NCBI GenBank assembly: GCA_047967505.1
Contig: CM106538.1
Origin: Dipteris shenzhenensis
Taxonomy: Eukaryota
DNA: 64,000 nucleotides
Reading direction: 5' to 3' (one strand)
Shown here: positions 37,867-48,359 of the stretch, in pieces
Position numbering within the stretch: position 1 is the stretch's first letter
Layout of the letters: every line of letters begins with the position of its first letter
Translations under genes and position numbers: made by a program
The notes under the pieces: model-generated
Database searches by the model: none
What the model saw: only the letters and a program-made list of their open reading frames with translations
What the model was told of the DNA's origin: nothing

Positions 37867-40721
37867 GAGAGGGGAGTTAGGAGATCTGAGATGGGCTGAC
37901 GTAAAGATCCATCTAGGGCTGTCCATCCAATCTCCTCCCTGAGAAGGTGTGCATGTTTGTATACTGCGTAAGTAAAAATCCTTCCATGGCTCCTGACCAG
38001 GCATCAAACCTCTAACCACCATCTTGCAGAGCAAGGCTCTACACTGCAAGTCTGGATCAATAATATGGAGACCCCCTTCCTCAGTGGGTAGAATAAGAGT
38101 CTCCCAAGATACCTTGGCTATCACATCTTAAGTGCCGTCTAATCCACTCCACAAAAAATTCATGATAGGTCTCTTGAGCTGAGTGATATTGCTTGTAGAT
38201 TGGCACCAACAAGAGCAAACAAACCAGGCTATAGCCAATAGTACTTGGTTTACAACCACCACTCTGGATGCAAGGTCAAGTCTGGCCGAACTCCAAAATA
38301 GGAGTTTCCTCCTGATGCTCTCCAACACGGGAGCGAACTGTTGTGCTGGAGAAATGCCCACCCCAACCTGGCATCCAAAATACCTGACGGAGACACCCCT
38401 CTGAATCCAAGTAAAGCCAATATCAGCACCCCAATCTGGAGTGTCCTCATCACTAATCCAAAAACCATTGGACTTGTTCCAGTTAATATGAGCCCCTGCT
38501 GCAATGCAAAACAAATCCAAGGCTGTCCTGAAAGAGGTGAGTGTCTGTGGGGTGGCATCCAAAAAAATAGCCATGTCATCTGCCAGCTCACTGTCTAGCA
38601 ACTCCTCTTCCTGTCTCAACGGAAGTCTCAGCTAAAAAATATCAACTTGAGCTCTAATATAGAGGCTCCTAGCTTCAGCCACAAATAAGAATAGAAAGGG
38701 GGCTAGAGGGCATCCGTGTCGGACTGATCTGGAAATCTGAAACCTGTCTCCCCTGACTTCACCAATGAGTACCTGGCTATGGGCTGACCTATGAAGAGCA
38801 AAAACCCCTCTAATCCACAAATCTGAAAATCGAAAGCGAAGAAGGGTTCCCTATAGAAAACTCCAATCTACCCTGTCATATGCTTTTTCGAAGTCCAGGA
38901 GTACGATTGCCAGTCTATGGCCCTCATGCATAGCCCACTCAGTAGCCTCCCAAAATGAGAATACGTTATAAAAAAAGCTTCCGCCATGGACAAAGCCTAT
39001 CTGCATGTCATGTATAAGATCTGGCAGGATGGGCTGCAATCGCAGGTTGGTGGCTTTCACCAAGATCTTATACAAAATGCCCAGTAAGGTGATCGGTCTC
39101 CGCTAAGACACTAAATTTCTGCAACCTCCTTTTGGGATAAGATGAATGAGACCCTCCGAGAATGAGTCCGGCATCTCACCCGAGTCCCAAACACCCTGCA
39201 GAGCTATGGTGATGTAATCCCCAATCTAATCCCAGAAAATAATAAAAAAAGGTGCAAGTCCATCTGACCCTGGACAACTACCCTTATGAAGGACAGTAAG
39301 AGCAGTCCTGAACTCTATGTTGGTGAAGCGTACATCAAGTGAGACTCTCATACCTTGATCCACCAACATAGGAATATGCTGCTAAACAATCTGTCTAGCA
39401 TCATCTCTGGCCTGTGAATCAAGATCTGCAGTCAGAAGGGAGGCTTAGTAATCTGAAGCAATCTACAAGACGGCATCTGGATGTGTTTGAAGTACCCCGT
39501 CTGAGTCAACAAGCTGCGAAACACTCTCTCTACTATGTCTAGGGCCAAGAGTAGAGAAGAACTGCTTGTTGACTCTACCTCCGATCTGCGTCTAGAAAGA
39601 CTCTCTGGCGTGAAAGGCATACTCTGCTCTCTGATCTAAAAGTGTCTGCTGATGAGCCCTTGCTACAGCAAGGCGCTCCTGAATCCAAGCATCTGTAGGC
39701 TGTTTCTGCTCCTCTCTCTGGAGAGCTACCAGTTGCTAGCGAATGGCAATCTCTCACCTGCGAATCTCATCTCTCCTGATACCAGCAACAGAATGATAAA
39801 AGCTGCTAATGTCAGTGAGGGCTGCAGCCCCATCTGACGAGGACGACTGCCCACCCTGCAGGTGAGAAACCCAAATCTGTAGCACTGCCTCTGTGAGGCC
39901 CTCCTCTGCATAGAAGGCATCTGGAATCCTGATACTGGCAGAGCGGCCTCTCGCCCGAGGCTCTGAAACCACCAAAACAACCAGAAATTGATCTGAAGTG
40001 GATACCCCAGCGCTGATGCATACTGTCCCACCTCTGTCCAATGCCCAATCATCCACATAAAATCTGTCAATCCGTGCGTGAATAGGCATCCTTACTCTCC
40101 TGTTCGACCAAGAAAATAGAAGAGATTGTGGCTGAGTGTGAAAAGCATCATCATACCAAGCATCTCTGCACATTCAACCATGTTGAAATCGCCCCCAATG
40201 ATCCAAGAATCTGCAATATGGGACTAAGAGAGCAACTCTTCCAAAGGAGGGCACGATCCCCTCTGAAGTTGGGTGCATAAAGGTTACGAAAGCCAACCTT
40301 ACGCTCACCAATCAGCAAAATAACCCACTGTGCTCTGGAGGGGACTATGACTCCGTGTCCAATGACCAAGGGGAGCATCGAAGAAGAGATAGAAATGCAA
40401 ATGCCTCCCCTAGTGCCCAAGGCAGGTGACAAAAAACTATGGCCAGAAAGAAGCTTACCTGACTTGGCACAATCTCTACCATCCAGCTTATGCAGTTGGA
40501 GCATAAGGATATCAATGGGGCCACCTGAAATACTTGGATGGAGTTGGTTACGAATCAACTGCCTACGGCGGCGATGGAGTATACCATTGAGGCTCTGAAC
40601 GTTCCAACTAACGATCCTCATCGACGAGAGGAAGAGGCCGGGTGAAAGGCCCTACCCGACCTGGTGGTGGAGAAAATCCTCTCCTATGAAAGAGTCCTCT
40701 TGTCAAGCAGAGGGAAATCAA

Positions 40722-42011
40722 CTAGTGAAAGAAACCCCACTCCAACAAAGGGGGAAGCCTGTCCAACGGAATCCCAATAACCGGCTCCCCCAGGGAAGAG
40801 GGTACAAACTCCTCTGTTTCTGCTAAATTTGCCAGTACTGCAAAGGAGTTTCTATAAGAGGGTACTGGCATAGGAGTGCAAGGAATCCCTACACTCGAGG
40901 GAGTGGGAGAAATAACCCCCTTACCTCTATCAAGAGGTGAAGTGTGACTAATAGAGGGAGGGGGCTGATCAGGAACATCAGTGATAGGACCTGAAGAGAT
41001 GGGTTGCCCCTCTTGATGAGCAAGTGGGGGGACTGGGGCAACCAAATCTATGCTTGAAACAATTATAGGAATATCACCTGCCTGTAACTGAGAATGGTCC
41101 GAGGTGCCTCGTAGAAGTAGCGGAGTGTCAGCAACCCTCAAAGGCATCCAATGGGGGACGATAGGAGTAGGACATGCTGATTGTTCTGTGCGTGCTGAAG
41201 AAGAGGGTCCAGGTCTAAGGGCTGGTCCCGAAGGTCCTGGGCAAGAAGGAGGGGCCCTGGTAGTGCGTGTAGAAGAAGTAGGACGAGAAGCCGGTGTAAA
41301 CCGTTTGGGCCTTTTCTTTTTCCTTGGGCAATCTCTGGCGAAGTGCCCAAGGGTCCTGCAAATCCTACACTGACCCTGTCTCCCAGTAACCTCGATTCTC
41401 TGTCGAAAAAAGGAATCATTTGGTCGCTGAAGCATAATGTGATCATCTGTAATATCAGGGTCAGAGACGATGACCGTGACTCGTGGCACCCCATCTGATC
41501 TGACAGCCTCTGCCGCTGAAGAGGCCATGCCAGGGAGGGGAGGGATCTCAGTGACCAACCCAAAAGTGGCTCCTATGGACGGTAAGAGTCGATGGTAAAC
41601 CTGAGGAAGGCTGGGGAATCTGATGAAAAGTGAGGTAACCCTGCTATCTTCCTCTATCGGATCGAAACCCAAAGTGAAGGGTGTCAAAAAGATCCTCTTG
41701 GAGCTCAATGCCAAAGGACTAGCCTTGAGTACTGAACCTGCTGACTCTGGAGAATCAAAGACCACCTGGAAGAACCCTCGTCCAAGCAGACGAACATTGG
41801 TGAGGTGACCTGCGAGGTCTCCAGGTAAAGCCAAAAGCATCCAATCCCTAGCTTGTAGCCTGGAAGGGTGGGAACCGTGGATGCGAGCAAAGAGTGAGGT
41901 AGCGTCCTCATGCTCTGAATCTGTCTTGAGTTGCTGAAGCTCGTCTTTTGAAAAGGTAACCGTTATTGCAGCCGGTGGAAGCGGTCGAGGATTGGCTGAA
42001 TGGGAACCCAT
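40722..42011 (-). CDS. L1 ORF1 (RRM/DUF4283-like region plus CCHC zinc knuckle), 429 aa open
   Basis: LLGRGFFQVVF and CRICRTLGHFARDC motifs. Confidence 0.88.
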   Translation of the reverse strand: MGSHSANPRPLPPAAITVTFSKDELQQLKTDSEHEDATSLFARIHGSHPSRLQARDWMLLALPGDLAGHLTNVRLLGRGFFQVVFDSPESAGSVLKASPLALSSKRIFLTPFTLGFDPIEEDSRVTSLFIRFPSLPQVYHRLLPSIGATFGLVTEIPPLPGMASSAAEAVRSDGVPRVTVIVSDPDITDDHIMLQRPNDSFFRQRIEVTGRQGQCRICRTLGHFARDCPRKKKRPKRFTPASRPTSSTRTTRAPPSCPGPSGPALRPGPSSSARTEQSACPTPIVPHWMPLRVADTPLLLRGTSDHSQLQAGDIPIIVSSIDLVAPVPPLAHQEGQPISSGPITDVPDQPPPSISHTSPLDRGKGVISPTPSSVGIPCTPMPVPSYRNSFAVLANLAETEEFVPSSLGEPVIGIPLDRLPPLLEWGFFH

Positions 42012-42114
42012 TCGTCAATCAAGGTGGAAAGGCTGACACAAACCCAAAGATGCTCAGTCCGTCCGGAAACCTGCTGCCGGGAAGAGAGATTTTCTCTCTT
42101 TTTCTAGAGGGGGC

Positions 42115-42491
42115 TGAAGAGGGTGGAGGGGGGGGGGCAGGTAAGGGAGGGGCAGGGTAGGGAAGGAGGGGAGGGGGAGTGAAGGAGGGAGGAGGCAGGG
42201 GGTAGGGAGGGAGGGGAGGGTAGAGGGAGCGGAGAGTAGGGAGGGAGGGGCAGCGAGGGGTAGGCAGGGAGCGGAGAGTAGGGAGGGAGGGGTAGCAGGG
42301 GGTAGGCAGGGAGGGGCAGGTAGGGGGAGGGGAGAGTAGGGAGGGAGGGGAAGCAGGGGATAGGGAGGGAGGGGAGCGGGAGAGTAGGGAGGGAGGCGCA
42401 GGTAGGGGATCGGAGAGTAGGGAGGGAGGGAGAGGGGAGTGGGGGGGGTAGTGGGAGAGGGAGGGAGGGGAGCGGGAGCAGCAGGAGAGGG
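42115..42491 (-). repeat. Purine-rich tandem repeat (C-rich on the element strand) forming the L1 5' end
   Basis: Repeated ggagagtagggagggagg units lie inside the TSD. Confidence 0.8.
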
Positions 42492-43539
42492 TGTGTTAAC
42501 TTTAGTGTCCAGTGTTGCTGTAATTTCCTGTTTTACTGATTGGAGCTGACTTGTGACCAGGTCCTGGACTTTAGTCACCATCTGTGGTGTGGGTGCTCCT
42601 GTATTGTGTATCTGCAGTACCTCATGAATAATTTCCTGTTTTCCTTGTGCTTCCCATGCATCTGTTTTCCTCTCTAAAGCTGCAAGTCTGAGCTTGAGCT
42701 CATGGATTTCCTACTGTAAGTAATAAATATGCTCTTGTGGGTCTATCATTCTTTGCATATGGGGACGGCGTCTTTGCAAACACATAGGGGGGAGGCAAGG
42801 GGAGAGCTGCAATGGAGGAATATAGTGCTTTTGTCGGGGTCGAGACAAGTGTCTTGATCTTGGGGAAGGCCACAGGTGTCTTGGCATACCCATCCATAGT
42901 GGCCTGCATATATTCAGGCGCCCCTTGCTGTAACTAACCCCCAGGGTTGGGCTTTGGGGCTCAGCCCAAACCCTGGGGTTACGTGTCCCTTGCTAAGGCG
43001 GACGGTGACTTTTGGTGGTGGCGACTGTTGGCTGCTGCTACTGGTGGCTGAGCGGGTGAGGGAGGCTGAGGCGGGGAGGCTGAGCGCGTGAGGGAGGCTG
43101 AGGTGGAGAGGCTGAGCGGAGGGGCTAGCGGGAGAGGCTAAGGGAGCGGAGGGGCTAGCGGGAGAGAGAGGCTGAGGGAGGGGCTAGCGGGAGAGGCTAA
43201 GGGAGTGGAGGGGCTGGCGGGAGAGGAGAGGCCGAGGGAGGGGCTAGTAGGGAGGACAAAATCTGAGGAGGTTAGTATAGCAAAGGTGGTTCAATACTGG
43301 CAGTTGCTGGCAGCTTCTTCCATGACCATCTGAGGAGGTTAGTATAGTAGAAAAGGGTGTCACCCTTCTTTCCTAGCATATATACGGAGCATGGTGATAG
43401 CGCAGGAGAAGCGTGATCAATAAAGCTGCATCTATGATGGTAGAACTGCGTGTATTGCAGCCAGTCTCCTATTAGCCTGTGTGGCTGATTATCTGGAGTG
43501 ACGTGTGGGTTGTCCACCTCCAACTATGTATCGAAATCT

Positions 43540-45788
43540 TCTTTCATTTCATGTTATAAGCCTTTTGTGGGCTTGAGATCTTTATCACTCTAAGCCTCCA
43601 CAATGAGCCCCATAGGGATGCGTGGAGGTTTCTAGCTCTTAATATAGAGTCGTTTTGTGTGTTATCAGTCTCATCTTTTCGCATGCGAGCATCTCTTTGT
43701 AATTGTGAGATTGATACTCTAAATTGTAATTCCAACAACCCAGTGGTCGGGTGGTCTGCCACATCCCCTCCCCAAACTGAATGGGGACGGTCACGATGCT
43801 CCAACATCGTCCTTGCCATCTCCATCACAGTCCGGTTCTTTCTCTCTACAACTCCATTATCTCCTTGTATTGGCAAGCTCTCGCTTGATGCCCTTCTTTG
43901 CTCAAAATCTCTCAAAAGCATTAGTACCGAACTCTTCATCTTTGTCATCCCGAAGAGTCTGTATTGGCAATTGAGATCCTTCTCTATCAGAGCACACAAA
44001 TCTCTGAAATAAGCGTAGGCTTGGTTCTTATGGAACAGAAAATACACCAGCTCAGAGTACGGGTCTACATAGATTCACATAGATCAATGTGAACTAACTC
44101 TAGAAGATCCTAAAACATCTTGTATGCTCCCGCATCATTGAGGGCTTTGCATGATTCAGCATCCGCATCTTCACTTCCAAGGAGACGCGCTTAATGGGTG
44201 ATACCCAGTGCTTCATGTGTATAGAGAGGCCAAGTGCTCCTAGATTCCTTTGGCCAGCGTCATGTGCTTCACGTGATTGATCACTTGGGGTGTGCAATCG
44301 AGGAAGATGAGGGAGCGTACATGGGCATTTTGACCTGATCATACAACTATGCCAAGGTTCCTGCTCCTTCTGAAAGATGATGCCAAGGTCGTCCTCCTCT
44401 AGATTCAGCCTTGCAACTCCAACTTAAATGAAATCAGCCAAGTCATGGGACTGTAACACTGATTCCATCATAACCTTTTATATACCATAGTTGTTTCTGA
44501 TGGTCCATTGGGAAAGTAGGAAGGATAGGGATCTTCACAGGCTTCTCAGCCATCTCAAGCAAATCTGCCATCTTGGGGGGTTAATCTTGCTCTTATGAAG
44601 AGAGAGTGGGTGGGAAAGAAAAGAAAGAAGAGGCTGCAGGCTTTTTGTAAGATGTCTGTCCACTGGGAAAGTAGGACAGATAGGGATCTTCACAGGCTTC
44701 TCAGCCATCTTAAGCAAATCTGCCATCTTGGGGGGTTAATCTTGCTTTACGAAGGGAGGGTGGGTGGGAAAAAAAAGAAAGAAGAGGCTGCAGGCTTTTT
44801 GTAAGATGTCTGTCTTTCAGTGACACTTTCTTCTGGCATCTTCTCCTTATCCCAACAGTCCACGCCTGCTTCGATCAGCAGCAAACACCGTCTGTCTTGT
44901 GCGCTCTCCCCTCTTGGAATCCATGCATTCCACCCAAAAATGTCATCCATATGACCATAATGCAATGTACTTTTTGAATTACAAAAGATAATAATTAAAA
45001 CAATGGGGATGCATTATTTTATGTTGACTATTACGATGCTTAACTTATGCAAATAAAAAAGAAAGAAACTTACATGCTGGTCACATCCTCCTGCAAACTC
45101 CTTCTCTATCTCCGTTATGTGTATGTGGCTACAGTGGATGGAGGAAAATAACCATGGAAAAGATAACAGTGGGTGAATGAACATAGCAAGAATGGAATAA
45201 TTGATGAAAAGGAGAATCCAAGTCCAAGGCTTCAAGCTACCTTGTGCTCTGATACCATATTAGAGATGTAGCAGAATGTATCAGAGAGAGAAGAAATGCG
45301 AATAGAGAGAAAAAGAATCGCACAAGAGAATGCAATAGAGATGTGCTGCAAAACTCTGCTTTACTTGCTAAGATACAACAAAGGGTAATAGTTCGCCCTA
45401 TTTATAGACAGAGGCGCCTGGTCAGCTGAGTAGGACAGGCCAACTGGCCTGACCTTGTTGGATTGACCCGACCTAGTTGGCTGGTCAGTTGACCCAACCT
45501 GAGGGTTGCCTGACCCGACCCAGTTGATCGGGTGGTTGGCTGGCCTGACTGGCCCCAACTAGTCCTGCAATAGCTGGCAGTAAATAGCCTCTAACAGCCT
45601 ATAACCAGCCCCTAACCAGGCACTACCATCAAGCCTTACACACAGCCCAAGTACCCTGGCAAAACCCCCACCTACAGCAGAATATCGGGGTGAGAAGAAG
45701 AGAAAACTACAACTATCTTGGGCAGGGACACCCATATAACAGCCCTCACTCCCTATTGTACAGACAGGAGATGACCAGAATTCTAACA
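43540..45788 (-). mobile_element. Degraded Ty1/copia element: integrase and gag remnants, PBS and 5' LTR (45258-45788)
   Basis: NGVVERKNRTVMEMARTML; gctctgatacca PBS at 45246-45257; LTR ends ttctaaca at 45788. Confidence 0.75.
44504..44812. repeat. About 155-bp tandem duplication
   Basis: gggaaagtagga..atagggatcttcacaggcttctcagccatct..gaagaggctgcaggctttttgtaagatgtctgtc occurs twice in a row. Confidence 0.9.
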
Positions 45789-46599
45789 TGATGGACATCA
45801 TTGTTTGTGTCTCTTTGAGGCTTTTGTATTGGCATGTGTTATATGTGATGAATATGCTTATGACTGTGACAACCAAGAAGCATAGACTTTTGCATTTGAA
45901 ATTGCTTATACTTGCAGTCAAGTTGGATGGGGATCACTAGAATTTCATGCCCCTTTCAGGGAGCATCCTTCGTTGTCGCATGGTGGCAGCTGCACAAAAG
46001 TGTGATTAGGCAATATAATGCACAATTGCATGGATAGATAATGCAATCCTGGGTGAAGGGCCTCAAGAAGCTCATACATAGCATATTGATCAATGATAAG
46101 TACAAGGGTTGGCTAGCTTACTCTTCATGCAATGTCAACTACTCAGTTACAGCTCAAAGGCTAGACACGATTTGATAGTTCGACTACTTGGCACATTGGG
46201 GAGGCACATTGTGCTCATCATATTCCTTCAATATGCTGTCACGTATTGGCCAGCCAATTCACTCTGTTTGACATTTTTTGGGTGAATTTCAGGAACTATA
46301 AGGAGTTTTTATGTGGGCATGGATAAGAAATTGTAAGTATTCAGTAATAGGCCAAAACTTTAGTGGCACCAGTCTCCACCAGGCTGTTAGTTGACTAAAT
46401 TCAGGTTCCTTTGGTTCGATTTGATTATGCAGGGGGAGATCCATACAATACAACCATCGAAGCTCTTTAATTTTGGGCGAGACTTGTGCAAGCAGAGCAA
46501 GTGCACACTTGATCGTCTGTTAAATCAAACAGTAGGGTCAAGTGTTTGAATGCCTCCTCCAATGTGGATGCTTGTGCCAAGCTGCTTGACTAATGGTGA

Positions 46600-47450
46600 T
46601 GATGAATTTGCTTTGTATTCCCTCCCAAGTGGGCTTGGAGCACTACTTCCAAGTGGCTCTTCTACGATCATAGATGGCAGCTGCACCAAGCTGCTTCAAG
46701 CAAGAGAGTGAAGGCACATAAATATTCCAAGGACGAAGGAGGAATAGAGTAATGCCATGAACTTCCATAACTGAAATGAACTGAATAGCACTGCCTCAAT
46801 GGTTGGAATGCAACTCCTAAAGAGCTAGAATGCTTCTCAAGCCCTGCTGTAGAAAAGGATAAATACAAAGGGTGGAAGACTCCATCTAGCTTCAAAGGGC
46901 TGAGCCCTACTGGAAGCCCAACAGTCCTATTGGGAAACCAGTAGCCTAATGGAGTCAATAGTTGCCGAGTGCTTTTAAAAAAAACAATGCTTACTAGATC
47001 ATCTGCATACACAGGGGACACAGATCCTCTGCCTGGTGCAAAAAGATGCCATGAATATTTTGTCAAGATCGTTAATATGCAAAACATTACCCTGGAGTGG
47101 CCTAGTGCAGAATTTAGCTGCCCCAAATTGGCCTACGACAGTTGGGTGTTTCAAGTGTTGAGTGTTTCATGATTATTCTGCATGTGACTATGCTTCGGAA
47201 TATAGTCAGTGCCAAGTTACCTCAATTTTTGATAAGATACTGATATGGTGACACCCAACAGAATAGCTTTGCATACATTGATTGTATGACTTCAAAATTC
47301 TAGCTCTACGCGAATTGGACAAAATATCCTGACCTGCACAATCAAAAGCTTTCTGTATGACTTCCAAGCTGGTGGTGGAATTCTTTAGTTTTCAAGTAAT
47401 TCACTTTCACGTTTTGGTCCCAACAACCTATTGAACAACAATCTCTTATA
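46600..47450 (-). pseudogene. Very old LINE RT remnant
   Basis: VYADDL in ORF 46668..47126; the rest is barely recognisable. Confidence 0.4.
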
Positions 47451-47626
47451 TCATTGTCCAATCTCTCATATATGTTTTTCACAGGGTTCTTTTTCCTTTG
47501 CTGAAAGATTCTAAATTATAGGGGACTTTCCTAGCCATTTTTGCTTTACGTTTGTTATTTGCCTTTTGTCACTGTCTAGCTTCATGGCATGTAGCTAACT
47601 GGTAGTTTACTTTATGCTTGAGACAG

Positions 47627-47726
47627 GATGATACTACTTGCAGCAGGATGGGTTGTCTTCCTTGGACTGTTCATACCTGTCCACTATGCATTAAAGGGAC
47701 ATGATCATATTCGGCAGATGTTGGAG
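47627..47726 (+). CDS. GPAT9: GPAT9 exon (MILLAAGWVVFLGLFIPVHYALKGHDHIRQMLE)
   Basis: gacag acceptor and gttggt donor; phase matches the exon ending at 28462; resembles recalled CFTLAFGWIIFLSLFIPVNALLKGQD. Confidence 0.93.
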
Positions 47727-48359
47727 GTTGGTAAAAGGTTTTTGTTGCCTGTTTGGGAGGCTTGTCACGCCAATCTTTTTGCCATGGTGGTTGTCTCTTC
47801 TTTTGCATTGTATGATTGTAATAATGAGTCAAATAAGACACACGTCTTTTGTTCAAACACTTTTAATAACTTCTCACAATGGTCTGTAAAAAGTCCATAG
47901 ACTTTGTTTAAAGGCTTTGAAGAAGTCAAGTTCTCATTTAATCGTATGTTAAGTGGCATTTATTGGATTATAGACTGCCATGGAATGGTTGTTGATGTTG
48001 GAAAATACTGCAAATACATAAATTTGCATGATGTTTTGCAACTGCATTTACCATCATGGCATTTACTGTGGAAGATTTATGCCATGGCCATCTACACTTG
48101 TGGTCATCCAGGACTACCTAGACCTGGCCTGCAGGCATAGCCATGGGCTTTCCGCACCAGCAGCAGACAACAAAGAAAGTAAAAAAAGACACAGTCGGTT
48201 TTTGAGCAAAAGTCCGTGCGCTGATTTTTTTGGGCAACATTGGCTTCGATCTGGTCAAATGGCAAATTTGACCAGGCCAACATGGCCAACTTGTGGAGGG
48301 CAGCAGCCTGTATATAGGGGCCATTGACTTCCTCATTTCAACATCAGCTTCAATAACAC

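Larger units (their letters stand above)
36112..42491 (-). mobile_element. Full-length L1-clade LINE (about 6.4 kb, decayed ORF2)
   Basis: 12-bp TSD tgtgttaacttt (36100-36111, 42492-42503); A-tail; ORF1 40722..42011; ORF2 pieces MRIVSWNV, ARIDRFY, LDFEKAYD, RHGCPLAP, LADD, CPRC. Confidence 0.93.
31417..43260 (-). mobile_element. Full-length ORF1-only retroposon (about 1.4 kb of its own sequence) carrying two nested L1 insertions
   Basis: Own segments 31417-31535, 35606-36111 and 42504-43260. Rejoining at the TSDs gives ..ITATLDTKVNT/SDVYEEVQE..RIGGLPEGW..ARKEGKWAVYRDGKALIRDFKSKPKDSQS*. 5' hairpin 42933-42981, GCTAGCCC repeats about 43050-43260, 3' stem-loop 31427-31463. Confidence 0.88.

Noticed and set aside
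42054-42581. Proline-rich extensin-like ORF
   Set aside because: Chimeric frame: ORF1-only element sequence read across the TSD into the C-rich L1 5' repeat.
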